Position numbers and translations under genes: made by a program. A DNA stretch of 63,333 bases, counting the filler, from Nemertoderma westbladi (taxonomy: Eukaryota; Animalia; Xenacoelomorpha): the NCBI GenBank assembly GCA_032718475.1. It is 4 parts of 4 records of this genome, joined end to end, with 100 filler letters (N's around TTAATTAATTAA, not from the genome) between each part and the next. Parts side by side here need not be neighbours in the genome. Positions count along the whole stretch, not along the records: positions 14,896 to 46,161 come from JAUCBJ010001956.1; positions 46,262 to 58,215 come from JAUCBJ010004281.1; 2 more parts are not named here. One strand, given 5' to 3'. Positions 40,288 to 52,211 of this stretch are shown piece after piece (position 1 is the first letter of the stretch; the number at the start of each line of letters is the position of its first letter). The notes beneath the pieces were generated by a model. The model searched no databases and was not told the origin of the DNA. It saw only the letters and a list, made by a program, of their open reading frames with translations.

Positions 40288-42177
40288 ATGAGTCATTCGA
40301 ATGGCAAATCACGAACGTCTCCAAATAACTCCGGTAAATTCCGACCCAATAACTCACCCCTACAGGGTTCCTCCAATGGGAAGCCTCAGCCAATCAGAGC
40401 GACCCATCCCTTCTCATTGAAGCCTAAGGCACTCCCTCGGAGCGGCGGAGTCGGCAGGAAGTATTGCGGTGGATCCCTCAACGCTGGCGGCTCCCTCAAC
40501 GCATCGCCGACGATTTGGTGTCCAGAAGGTTTGAAACTCGGAAAGAGGCGGTCCCCGGAAAGTAATGGTGAGGGGGCATCTCCATCGGTGAGTCCGGGGG
40601 GAGGGGGCGCTAGGTCCAGCCCTAATGGAGGGGGCGCTAGGGCCAGCCCTAATGGAGGGGTCGCTAGGTCCAGCCCTAATGGAGGGGGCGCCCCCCGTTC
40701 CAGCCCCATCCGGACCCCCGCTCTACGCCACCGGCCCACCACCGGGACCCGGGGTCCCTCCATTGCCACCCCGTCGCCACCCACCGTGGCCACCCGAGCC
40801 ACCCCCCCTATCCGACGGACCTCTTCCCTGGACACCATCGTGGCCCCGTACCTCTCCGGCTACTGGCCCCGCGCGTTCAACCAGCCCCCCTCCGTCGCTG
40901 ATAAAGCGACGCAGACCCCAACCGACTGGGAAGCCGAACTCCTCGTCAAACACAAACGCTCGCAGTCCATCGGCTCCGGCGACTATGTGAAGGAGTTGCA
41001 GTTAGTCGGTCGGCAGATGGTCGGTAGTAAACGTCCACGGGGCGTCGTACAACCGATAACGCTGAGTTTGCGACCGCGGATAGGGAACTCGACGGAGGCG
41101 TTAAATCAGGAGATCGAGCGGCTCGTACTGAACCGGAACGCGAGTCTCGCAGCCTCGCCCCCGCGGGTCTGGGAGGGGGCGGACGGGAGACGGTGCCCCC
41201 CGCCCCCCGGGGTCAGTAGGTCGAGCAGTACGCGGAGCGTGGATACACAGACACCGGGGTTGTTGGATACAGGGGGAGGGGGAGGAGGGGGCACAGTCGG
41301 GGAAGGGGGAGGGGGAACGGTAGCAGGGGGCACAGTCGCGGGAGGGGGAACGGTAGCAGGGGGAACGGTAGGTGGGGGCACAGTCTGGGGGGCAGCCGTG
41401 CGGGGACCAGAGACCCTGGGAGGGGGCATTGCGGGGGGACAGGGGACCCTCTGTAAGACCCTGGACTCCAAACCGTCCTCTCTGACTAACGGAAACTGCG
41501 ACAGGTCGGGTACCGGATGTGTTGGTAATCATTGCGATAAAGTGTCGCAAGATGGCGCTATGGAGGATGTTCCGTCTGGTGACGTCATCGTGAATGGGTT
41601 TGGTAACATATGTAATGGAGATGCTGTGGATGAAGGCATTGACATGGATGATAGCCACATAGAGGAGCCCGTGGAATCATTGGGGAATCTGGATAAATCC
41701 ATGGTTAACGGCATTAAAGACATCGTCGAAGACGGCAAGGAACATTACGAGTTCCTAGATGGGAAGATGCAAGTTCCGATGGTCAAGGTAACCGGGGACC
41801 CCGTAGCCAAGGTAACCGGTTGCCAAGTCGACAAGGAGAACCGCATCCAAGCATCACCCAACCCGCCGTCTAAATATTCCGTTTCGCCCAATCACAACCG
41901 TTCCTTTTGCTTCGCGCGGGAACCCCCAGACGGCTGCGAGAAGGTCAAAGTGGTGGAGGACCCGCGTAGTAGCCACGGCAACCACCAATCGGGTGGCGCC
42001 TCTACCGCCTACACTCCGATATTCTTTTCGTCTCCGGAATCTCGAATGAAACCGAGTTTTAGACACAGTTCGAACTCGGCGTTCAAACCACTACTACCGA
42101 ACCACTTCAATGGCTCAGGATTGGTCGGTAAGGGTAACCCAGGTAACCAACCACTCAATCTAACTCCCCCAGTCTGA
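40288..42177 (+). CDS. FAM117: FAM117/GLCCI1 family protein, single ORF
   Basis: Family motifs IRRTSSLDTIVAPYLSGYWPR, DKATQTP, HKRSQSIGS, STEALNQEIERL, DGRRCP, STRSVDTQTP and KYSVSP...FAREPPDGCEKVKVVED. First in-frame ATG at 40288. Acceptor-like TTGTTTTTCAG ends at 40199. AATAAA at 42200-42205. Confidence 0.92.
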   Translation: MSHSNGKSRTSPNNSGKFRPNNSPLQGSSNGKPQPIRATHPFSLKPKALPRSGGVGRKYCGGSLNAGGSLNASPTIWCPEGLKLGKRRSPESNGEGASPSVSPGGGGARSSPNGGGARASPNGGVARSSPNGGGAPRSSPIRTPALRHRPTTGTRGPSIATPSPPTVATRATPPIRRTSSLDTIVAPYLSGYWPRAFNQPPSVADKATQTPTDWEAELLVKHKRSQSIGSGDYVKELQLVGRQMVGSKRPRGVVQPITLSLRPRIGNSTEALNQEIERLVLNRNASLAASPPRVWEGADGRRCPPPPGVSRSSSTRSVDTQTPGLLDTGGGGGGGTVGEGGGGTVAGGTVAGGGTVAGGTVGGGTVWGAAVRGPETLGGGIAGGQGTLCKTLDSKPSSLTNGNCDRSGTGCVGNHCDKVSQDGAMEDVPSGDVIVNGFGNICNGDAVDEGIDMDDSHIEEPVESLGNLDKSMVNGIKDIVEDGKEHYEFLDGKMQVPMVKVTGDPVAKVTGCQVDKENRIQASPNPPSKYSVSPNHNRSFCFAREPPDGCEKVKVVEDPRSSHGNHQSGGASTAYTPIFFSSPESRMKPSFRHSSNSAFKPLLPNHFNGSGLVGKGNPGNQPLNLTPPV

Positions 42178-43383
42178 CTTTCCTTCTATACTGTCGTTTA
42201 ATAAAGTAATACTATCAGTTCCAGAATAAGAGATTAGATTATTGGTAGAGGAGGATGGTGGGGTAGTTGATTCAACTATAACTGGTACAACATTTCGCTA
42301 AACACAATCCAAAGTCTGCGACATAACGGCTCATATAGCGAGAATTTACAAATATTTATTGGAGGCTGACTTACAATGTTTCTGTCGTTAGGAATTGGGT
42401 CTCGAGTGGTTCTAAATGGAGAAAGGGATTAATGTTTTGGTTACGAAACAGTTATATATTCCACTTTTGTTAATAAACCCAATCTTACGACGCTATTTTT
42501 TTAACGATTCTCATTTCAGTCTTATCATATTAATTGCAGGAATTTTCACCCCAGCGGCCTTAATTAAATGTGGAATATACCGATAGAATCACTTTAATCC
42601 TATTACATTGTTCGTACAACACGATATATTTACCTCGAGTTCGAGTAGATACTCCCAATGGGTCTGTCCCTCTATGGAACTTACATTATTTTAGGCCAGA
42701 GTTCTCTCGCTGTATGACCTGTTATTCGTAAAGTCTGTACTCGTTCTGAGAACTTAATAAACTGTAAATATAACAACTTGTCACATATTATTATAATATA
42801 TTAATATCAAGGTTTTTTTTACCAGTGTCCAATCAATGTACATCTTATGTATTAAGTGTTAACTATTAGTTAATTAGTTAATAACTCATGATTAGTAGAA
42901 TACCCGCGGTGCTAAGTAGTCACTTTAATTTAGCGAAGAATTTAATTTCGATTAGGTTTTCAGTTTTTCATTGCCTCTAACTTCCCGCCTTCGTAGTTTT
43001 TTAACTTTTTTGTCAATTTGGGACTTTGTTGTTTTATTTTTCTGTCAGATTTATTATTATTATATATAAATTTTGTTCTATTTTCAGGTATTTTCAATGA
43101 AATTAATAATTATTTCCCTTTTAAATTTACGAACGGATGTTACGCTTTTCTGTCCGTATTGCCTTTAACAGGCCAGTCTTTGATTATAATATTATATTAT
43201 ATAGTATATTATTGAAATAGATGTAATTTTGTATTTTTGATTGTTATTTCTGTATGTAAACTTACCTTACTGATTTCCACAACCTACTCCATGTCCTGCA
43301 ATATGTTGTAAAATAAACCATTTTCATTTATGGGTTTTTCTGAATACTATCTTTGTTACTAATTCTGGACAAATTATTTAGAC

Positions 43384-45115
43384 TGGAGGGTGTCCATGTC
43401 CATGCTGGGGGTCCATGTCCATATACAGGGTGTCCATATCCAGGAAGGCTGTCCATGTCCGTCCAGGGAGGCTGTCCATGTTAGTCCATGGAGGATGTCC
43501 ATGTCCATATACAGGGTGTCCATGTCCTCCAGGGAGGCTGTCCATGTCCATATACAGGGTGTCCATGTCCATATACAGGGTGTCCATATCCAGGAAGGCT
43601 GTCCATGTCCGTCCAGGGAGGCTGTCCATGTCAGTCCATGGAGGATGTCCTGTCCATGTCAATATACAGGGTGTCCATGTCCTTGGAGGCTGTCCACGTC
43701 AGTCCATGCAGGGTGTCCATGTCCATATACAGGGTGTCCATATCCAGGAAGGCTGTCCATGTCCGTCCAGGGAGGCTGTCCATGTCCATATACAGGGTGT
43801 CCATGTCCGTCGAATGAGGGTGTCCATGTTAGTCCATGGGGGGTGTCCATGTCCATATACAGTGTGTCCATGTCCGTCGCGGGAGGCTGTCCATGACAGT
43901 CCATGTCCATGGAGGGTGTCCATGTCCTTGTAGGGTGTCCATCTCCATATGGAGGGTGTCCATGTCAGTCCAGGGGGGTGTCCATGTATATAGGGTGTCC
44001 ATATCCAGGGAGGCTGTCTATGCCATATGCAGGGTTTCCATGTCCGTCCAGGGAGGGTGTGTCCATGTCTGTCCAGGGAGGGTGTCCATGTTAGTCCATG
44101 GAGGGTGTCCAGTCCATGTCAATATACAGGGAGTCCATGTTCTTGGAGGCTGTCCATGGAGGGTGTCCATGTCAGTCCTTGGAGGGTGTCCATGTCCATA
44201 TGCAGGGTGTCCATGTCAGTCCGTGGGGGTGTCCATGTCCATATACAGGGTGTCCATGTCCATATGCAGGGTGTCCATGTCAGTCCATGGAGGGTGTCCA
44301 GTCTATGTCAATATACAGGGTGTCCATGTCCTTGGAGACTGTCCATGTCAGTCCATGGAGGGTGTCCATGTCCATATGCAGGGGTCTACTGTCCATGTCC
44401 GTCCAGGGAGGGTGTCCATATCCAGGGAGGCTGTCCATGTCCGTCCAGGGAGGGTGTCCATGTCAGACCATGGAGGATGTCCTGTCCATGTCAATATACA
44501 GGGTGTCCATGTCCTTGGAGGCTGTCCACGTCAGTCCATGCAGGGTGTCCATATCCATTACAGGTTTTCCATGTCCTTGGAGGCTGTCCATATTAGTCCA
44601 TGGAGTGTGTCCATGTCCATATGCAGGGTGTGCATGTCCGTCCATGGGGTATCCATGTCCATATGCAGGGTATCCATGTCCTTGGAGGCTGTCCATGACA
44701 ATGGAAGGTGTCCATGTCTATGGAGGGTGTCCATGTCCGTCCATGGAGGCTGTCCATGTCAGTCCATGGAGGATGTCCATGTCAGTCCATGGAGACTATC
44801 CCTGTCCTTGGAGGCTTTCATTATCCATGGAAGGTGTCCATGTCTATGGAGGGTGTCCATGTCCGTCCATGGAGGCTGTCCATGTCAGTCCATGGAGGAT
44901 GTCCATGTCAGTCCATGGAGACTATCCCTGTCCTTGGAGGCTTTCATTATCCATGGAAGGTGTCCATGTCTATGGAGGGTGTCCATGTCCGTCCATGGAA
45001 GATGTTCATGTCAGTCCATAGATGCTATCCATGTCCATGGAAAGTGTCCATGGAGGGTGTCCATGTCCTTGGAGGGTGTCCATGTCCATGACAGGTGTCC
45101 AATGACTGTCCATCT
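43384..45115. repeat. Complex GC-rich repeat built from TGTCCA/GTCCAT hexamers and GGAGG(G/C) linkers, with a 126-bp higher-order unit at the right end
   Basis: Directly visible. ATGGAAGGTGTCCATGTCTATGG recurs at 44701, 44827 and 44953. Open frames on both strands indicate low complexity rather than coding. Confidence 0.93.
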
Positions 45116-45655
45116 CTCCTTTTTTTCTGAGTTTAAGGCATTGTATTCCAGGACATGGAATATTTGGGTGTGCAATTATTGCTCACATGTATGATCAATT
45201 AATTTAACAATTAATTGAAGTAGATTAGCAATAAGTCTATATTATAGCTTAAATATACTTAAAAATAAAATGAATAACAAAAATAATTCATGTAAAAAAG
45301 TGTTTTTTTTTGTTACTAACATACTTGTGCGACATATCTTTGCAATGTAAGTATAAATTACTTTGATTTGATTCTGCTTCTGATTTTTCTATAATTATCT
45401 GATCATATTAAATGGAATAAAAACATTTTATTCTTCATATTAAATTATTGAGTTGCCACTTGATTATGACATATACGGTGGATTAAGGTTATTTATGAAC
45501 TCGAGACTATTTAGGAAGAGAGAAATAAATACCATCAAATGGCGCTAAAAAGGTCTCAATATGCGTTAGTCTCTCTATGTCTCAAAACATAAACGTTTGG
45601 CCATCAGCATCTGGTAAACAGAAACCCCTGAGTGACAATGTTTTTATTTTCACCT

Positions 45656-45747
45656 ACAGCCTGCTTTACCGAGGGACACACGCAGGGATCTGGTGGCATC
45701 CCCACAGCCTGCTTTACCGAGGGACACACGCAGGGATCTGGTGGCAT
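45656..45747. repeat. Tandem duplication, 48-bp period
   Basis: ACAGCCTGCTTTACCGAGGGACACACGCAGGGATCTGGTGGCAT at 45656 and 45704. Confidence 0.9.
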
Positions 45748-46161
45748 ATAAAATGAGTTATCGTGATCTATAACATAGGGTACTGGTACTACTACTGCAG
45801 TAAATAATCGAACCTTAAGGTTCAGTGTTATTCTTATCGCGGTAGCCGGCTAGATCTTAGAGTACATGGGCGGCCGGTTACCGTGCGGATGAGTCTGTTG
45901 TAACTGGTTCTGTAATGACGGATGTTTCGATCTATATCTTGGGAAAAACTAGCTTCTTGTTTCTGCTTCCATGTATTATAGAAATATGAAATATCATAGG
46001 TAATAAATAGTCACCAGTAATAGCACAAGTCTGAATCTGATTTCTGCACTGAGATACAACTGCCGTCCGTAATACAAATATCGTTAAAACTAAAGCGGTC
46101 CCTCAGGTTTGGGAGACCCATGTAACTAAACCATAAATTGTTATTACAGTGGTATAGATAC

Positions 46162-46261
46162 NNNNNNNNNNNNNNNNNNNNNNNNNNNNNNNNNNNNNNN
46201 NNNNNTTAATTAATTAANNNNNNNNNNNNNNNNNNNNNNNNNNNNNNNNNNNNNNNNNNNN
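46162..46261. other. Artificial contig linker
   Basis: 44 N + TTAATTAATTAA + 44 N. Confidence 0.97.
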
Positions 46262-47853
46262 AAAAAAAAAAAAATTATATACATACAGTAGCTAGTCCCA
46301 TCAATGCAACCTGGACGCACGCATTATGCAAACACGTGCTGCTTTATTGAATAAAACGAGAGAAAGCCGCCCCAATATTAGATTATAACAACAACATTTC
46401 CATTGGGTAAGAAAGTGGAGGAGAGCCAGCCCGTCTCTTAATTTTTTAGTTTATATTACGCGATCAATTTTCACTCATCTCGTCATGAACACAACATGTA
46501 TGTAAACTTTTGATAAATTTGTTGGCTATGCGTTTGCGGCTGTTTGGGTGGGGTGTGGTAGGCCTACACTTTTCACACTGAAACATTTTGGTTGTGAAAT
46601 GTCCAGGGCACAGCGATCAGAGATATTTCATATATATTTTATTATGAGAGGAAGAAGAACATACAACGTTATTTACTATATTATATGTAACGAAATAATT
46701 GTTTTTGGGTTTGGAAGCCTCCCCAAAGAGTTGATATACGATTATATTTAAAATTATTTCCATGGTCATGGTCATTCACCCGTCTTTAGTTAGAAATTTG
46801 TTTGCATGAAAGACAGTTTAGTTTAGTTTTTACTGATTTATTATCTCTTATCTGACTGGGGTAATAATAAAGGATAGGATAAATGGAAGCAAAGTGTGAC
46901 AGTAACAATTATTTCCCTGACAACCGAGCATGTCTTAAGTATACGATATCTAAAAGGGGGAAGTTTGGATTCACTGCATAAATGCAGTTCACCAAACTTC
47001 CCCCGAATGCACACTGTAACTTCCCCCTTCCCCCAAATATCCACTGTTAAATTAATTTGAAGCTATATAATAAGAACAAAATTGTGCGAGTTTTTAATTG
47101 TGTAGTCCATTTGTTATTTGATCTCTATTTATTGTTTAAAGTGCATTTAATATCACCTGGTTTTTTAGAATATTACAACCTTATGTTTTATTTATTAACC
47201 CAATCGAAGCCTTAATAAGGGCCGCTTATTTGTACGCATATCCCTAATGCGCTCAGTATGAGCCAAACAACATATTAATATGAAAATAAAGTATCTGCAA
47301 AGAAAAGAACCCAATGCTATATAATTTGACCTTATTAACAAATTTGCACTTTTGCACACTTATTTGTACAAGTGCACTTCAGCAGATCGTAATGGTGGTT
47401 CTTATTTAACAAACTTATGTTTATCCTCTACCGATCTACGATGGTGTATGATCAAGTGTCAGTCACTAAAAGTTTAAAAATCAAATTTAATAAATCGCGA
47501 CATTTGCGATTTTGGACCATATACATGGGCATTTTAAGTCACTTTATATACATAAAAAGTTAAACAAATGTTACGATTATAGTTAGAAATCACTCCTAAC
47601 TACATTTTAATCCAAAAAATAACATTCTACGATGAATGGAACTGGAAATAATAGTGTTTGAAATATCGAAAAAATGTGTACTTTTTAAGTGCATTATGCA
47701 CTAAGTGCACATGCGTCTTTTCCCAAGTTGTATCCTATTTCACACACTACAATCTATCCTCTATCCAATGAAAAAAGTTTCAGATCAAACGGCCCAGTAG
47801 AACAGAAGTTATTGATGTTTAAAAATAATCACTCGAAAATTTCAAATTCTCTT

Positions 47854-47926
47854 GGTCACGTAGTCTAGTGGTAATCAATCACGTTAACGATACCTAAGTT
47901 CGTGGGTTCGAAACCCAATATGACCA
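47854..47926 (+). pseudogene. tRNA-like sequence (pseudo-tRNA or isolated SINE head)
   Basis: 73 nt. A box TAGTCTAGTGG, B box GGGTTCGAAACCC, acceptor stem GGTCACG/TATGACC with one mismatch and one G-U pair. The anticodon arm does not pair. Confidence 0.55.
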
Positions 47927-49576
47927 TTCTTAATTTTTTGCAAAAAAAAATATTTTTAATTTTTGACTAAATTTCGGTTCTGGTGCTCCAAATTCAATAA
48001 AATTGGTATATTCTTTGCCGTAATTTTCTTTTCTATCTTTTGAGATGGGGTATTTTTGGCCCCAAAAAAAAAGAAAAAAAGGGCCAAAATTACGCGATAT
48101 TTTTCGACCCTTAAAACTCGTTATTTTAATTATAAATGTTAAGAAAAAAGATAGTGGAGTTAATTTGCTACATTTTACAGGAACTTTTGGCGCAAAAAGT
48201 TAAATTATAATGTAATGGCGATTTATTAAAAAAAAATTTTTGTCCCTTTTTTATAAGTAGTATATTTCACACGATCGTCTGCCGCTTCAGTTATATAATA
48301 GCTATGGCGCTGTAACTACCGTTGAAAGATAGATAATTTGACGCTCTATAAGACTGTTTAAATAAGTCTCCCAGACCTTATGTATTTTTCGAGCTAGACG
48401 AGTTCCCGCGAAGCGAGTTTGAAGCGTGAAATTATAATTTGGGCCCTAATTTTTTTAATATCGTTTGCGCGGCAAAACCAATCGAATATTTGGATTCCCC
48501 GTATCGATATTAACCGTATAAAATGTACTTTAACCTTCATGAGTCAAAAATAAAAAAGTTGTTAGTTATAAACTTTTTATTATTTTCTGGCCCTTTTTGG
48601 ACCCCTTTGCCTACATATTTTTTGTACCCCCATTCGATAGGAATGTAGCCCCTGTGGTCTTCTACGCTTTCCGAAAAAGAATTGGCAGATTCCTACTAGC
48701 GTTGTCGAATTAAACATTTTGGAAATAATAATTATGTAAAAAAGATGGAAAAAACGGACAAAGTTACGGCCCCTTTTTCCACCCGAAATATTAATAAATA
48801 TCTTACCGCCATTCGATACGAAGGTAGTACCACTCTTCCCCTTTCCAACCGCGTTAATTTCGTCCACGTACGATTAATGTTAGCCGAGTCAGAGCGGATC
48901 CCGCAAAGCCATTTTGTCCGTTTTTTCAACTTTGACGGACAATTTCGGGAAAAAGGCGTGGTAATCTTTTTTGAAAAAAAAAACGAATTCACTAATTAAT
49001 CCCTTCTATCGTATCCCGGCGTCGGTTAAGCAATAACCTAGGGTTTTTTCGAGCCACTGTAGAGCGCCTTTCAAAAAATTTTTAAAATTTTCAAAAAAAT
49101 GACGGTTTTTTGTCCGCCGTGTCCGTCGAGGGGATAGATTTGCTAATGTTAGAGTGGCTAATATCTTAGGATTCCGAGTCGCTCCCCTGGTGCGAAAATA
49201 AAAAAAATTGGTCTGTTCCTTCATCGAAAAGTCCCCCAGAATCCCAAGTTAACCTATATAGTTAGCGATGGCCTGCGGCTTTAGGAGCGGCCGCGGTATT
49301 CACCTCCCTCATAGCGGCCGCGGCGGTGTTGCGTCAAATGGAGAAATATTTATCCCACCAAGAACGATTTAATATAAATGGAAATAATACATTCTGGAAT
49401 ACGGTAATTTAAGTTGTTTCAATGTTATTAATTAAATTACTTTGCAGCGTTACGAGTAATTCACCAGAAGGCTGTTCAGTTGACATAATGTAACAAAATA
49501 TAAAGTGTTAGAGTGATGGATCGAGTTAATAATATAAAGATAATAATATATGGGGGCCTACTGCTACGACATAAAG

Positions 49577-50992
49577 TTAATGTTGATGTTTAATTCTTAC
49601 TCCGTGTTTCTCAGCCATAACAAAGGCTATGGTAAATGTAGCGAGTATAAATGATGATATGCAAGGTATTACATAAACCAAAGTCACCGTTGAGTAAGTT
49701 TCAAACAAGTAACCTGTCACCCATTGAAGTAGCATTGCACCGGTAGGCGCACCACAAAGGACGAATATAAATCCGAAACTCGACATCTCTATGTAATAAT
49801 CAATCCAACCCATGAAATGCGGTGACAGAGGACCTATAGATGCAGCATATACACAGTTCAACACCAAAAACGCAGCGGCATTGTGGCGAGCAATGATGAG
49901 GCCAACAGAACTAGCCAATAATACTGAGGAAGTTGTAAGAATCAAAGCGTAATCCGGAACCCAAAAACTAAGTATAAAAACTGCGAATCTTGATATCGTG
50001 AAAGCTATCCAATAGGCGGCCATTGCTAGAGAAGCTAAACCTTCGTCAAAATGGAGACTACTGGTTTCGACGAAAATAAATAAAAATTTTTCGTAAACTT
50101 GTTCTCCTCCATATACCCCCATGTAATAAATGAACATTATAATAAACATTACTAAACGAAATGTTGAGTCCCTTTTCGTTAAGTTTTTGGGGTTAATTAC
50201 GTTTATAAAGCTAGTTTGTTGTTGAGAGGAAGGTTGGTACACATCTGGTGTTTTTACGAAATGAAATACAACAAAAATTAGCGAGATTAGGATACAGATG
50301 ACACCGATGATAGTGTAGGGAACATTTATACCCCAGGGAACATCGTAATTTTCGTTTAATTTAGTAGATCCATTTAAAGATATGACTATACTTGCGTTCG
50401 CAGGTCTCTCAGGATTATTTAAATAATTTACTTTTTTAATGAAAGGTCTTGCCAGACCTACCGCCATCAACGAACCGAGCCCGTAAGCTGTATTTGAAAA
50501 AGACATTATTCCTGCTGGATGACTAACCCACATAACTAATAAGGAAGGAGACATTGATGTCTGTATTAAAGTTCCGGAATATCCCTTAATAAAAAATAAA
50601 GCGATAAATACAGACAATTTTGAAACCCGCGGTATGCATGTAATTGTTAGACCGGCTGTCGCCAGAGCAACAGCTGTACCGAGATCGCGAAACTTAGTAA
50701 AACGGTCGAACACCAGTCCACCCGTTATGGATCCAGCGAACATCCCCATTGCCCGAACGCTAAGCGCACCTCCTATTTCTTCGTAGTTCGCGTTGATGCC
50801 CCCTTGGAGGTCTGGCAGTGTCGGTGCCACTATATCGGCATACAGACCGATACACAAGAAGGCAAGAAATACAGACAACGTCTTTAATATCCGGTATCTT
50901 GTCTCCCTTTTATTTTTTGGGATTTTATTATGTTCCTTATTTGGGAAAGGAATTTCTCGTTCAGTAGATATTGTTTTATCACCTCGAATCAT
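49577..50992 (-). CDS. Major facilitator superfamily transporter, MFSD4/NaGLT1-like, 471 aa, single ORF
   Basis: About 12 hydrophobic segments. GLYADIVAPTLPDL, GSITGGLVFDRF, YGLGSLMA, YMGVYGGEQVY and AAYWIAFTISRF match the MFSD4/FucP-like pattern. Confidence 0.85.
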   Translation of the reverse strand: MIRGDKTISTEREIPFPNKEHNKIPKNKRETRYRILKTLSVFLAFLCIGLYADIVAPTLPDLQGGINANYEEIGGALSVRAMGMFAGSITGGLVFDRFTKFRDLGTAVALATAGLTITCIPRVSKLSVFIALFFIKGYSGTLIQTSMSPSLLVMWVSHPAGIMSFSNTAYGLGSLMAVGLARPFIKKVNYLNNPERPANASIVISLNGSTKLNENYDVPWGINVPYTIIGVICILISLIFVVFHFVKTPDVYQPSSQQQTSFINVINPKNLTKRDSTFRLVMFIIMFIYYMGVYGGEQVYEKFLFIFVETSSLHFDEGLASLAMAAYWIAFTISRFAVFILSFWVPDYALILTTSSVLLASSVGLIIARHNAAAFLVLNCVYAASIGPLSPHFMGWIDYYIEMSSFGFIFVLCGAPTGAMLLQWVTGYLFETYSTVTLVYVIPCISSFILATFTIAFVMAEKHGVRIKHQH

Positions 50993-51915
50993 TTTAGTGT
51001 TACTTTCAGTATTCTATAACATTGGGCATATACAACAAATAGGCTTACTGTAATAAATAAGTGAAGCTTTAGGAGCAAAAACAAACATCCGAAAAACGAT
51101 ATCTATTTTCTGGTCAGTAGACCTAATGTAAAAATATATAAATATTTATTTGTACATTAAAAATAACGTCTTTAAAAGAAAAACATAGCCAACATGTGTT
51201 TATTATTTATGCATTGCATTCAATTATTTATAGCTACCGATTGACAACAATCGTAATTATTCAATATGATTATATTTAGTTTGAGATCTGAAAGCCGGAT
51301 ATTATATCATTATAGTATATCCCAGGGGTGGGTTGCTGGACACCCTACTTAACCCCTATTAGTTAAAAGCGATTTTAAAAAACTTTAAATAACGCTATTA
51401 GCTTACGTTGCTTGAAACCCTTTTAACCTAAAAGCGCTTTTAGTCTGCTAAAAGCGCTTTTAGTAAGACAACTATTTTCTATGGAGCCACTAATAGGGGT
51501 TTAAAGTTACTTCGAAGCACCTTTTAGTTGCTATTAAAGGCTATAACAATTATATATTTTTGTACCATAACATCATTAATATCTCAATATTATTTGTCAA
51601 TTTATACTCAATATATATTTATCAATATTATTTGTTCTAGAACAATGAATATATCAATGTTTTAATGTCAAATATATTCTAGAATAATAATACTAAACTA
51701 GAACCAAGAAGTTCTAATGATCATTAAAGTGACTTAAAGCTACGAAGTCCAAAAAACGTAGAGGGTTGACTCCATGGCGATATATTACCCTAATTGGATT
51801 CTAGAAATATATTATTTCGTATTATTTAATGTTTTTATTTCGGTATCTTACACATGCAAGTTTATTTATTAATATGTCAGTGCATTTGAAGTTGACGCTT
51901 GACAACATAACGCAA

Positions 51916-52068
51916 ATGCAGTTAAATCGTGAGCGCGTATTAAGAAGTAATGACAACCCATTTGAGGTTTTCAGTGACAAAGAACTTACCCAAAGGTTTT
52001 GCTTTGATATATCAGCTATTATAGACATTTCAGATATCATTCGCGACGATTTTAAGAGATATGATTAA
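51916..52068 (+). pseudogene. HARBI1-like (Harbinger) transposase N-terminal fragment
   Basis: RERVLRSNDNPFEVFSDKELTQRFCFDISAIIDISDII resembles the RERVFR..NP....D.E...RFRF N-terminus of Harbinger transposases. It stops before the DDE core. Confidence 0.68.
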
Positions 52069-52124
52069 TTAATACATAAATTATATTTATATATTAATTC
52101 AACTTTTTACTTTTATTATATTAT

Positions 52125-52211
52125 TTATTGACGCGGGGGTGGTCTAACGCATTCCACTAGACAGGCTCGTTCTTTGTCATTCCATGCTGGCTTTCTATTT
52201 CTTTTCGCCAT
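52125..52211 (-). pseudogene. Myb/SANT-like DNA-binding protein N-terminal fragment (Harbinger second ORF)
   Basis: Hand translation MAKRNRKPAWNDKERACLVECVRPPPRQ*. RKPxWxxxExxxL is typical of the start of Harbinger Myb-like proteins. Convergent with the transposase remnant. Confidence 0.55.

Noticed and set aside
40386-42066. Antisense and alternative-frame ORFs over FAM117
   Set aside because: Shadows of GC-rich low-complexity coding sequence. The conserved motifs are all in the main frame.
47854-47926. Functional tRNA gene
   Set aside because: The anticodon stem cannot form and the acceptor stem is mismatched. Kept only as a tRNA-like pseudogene.
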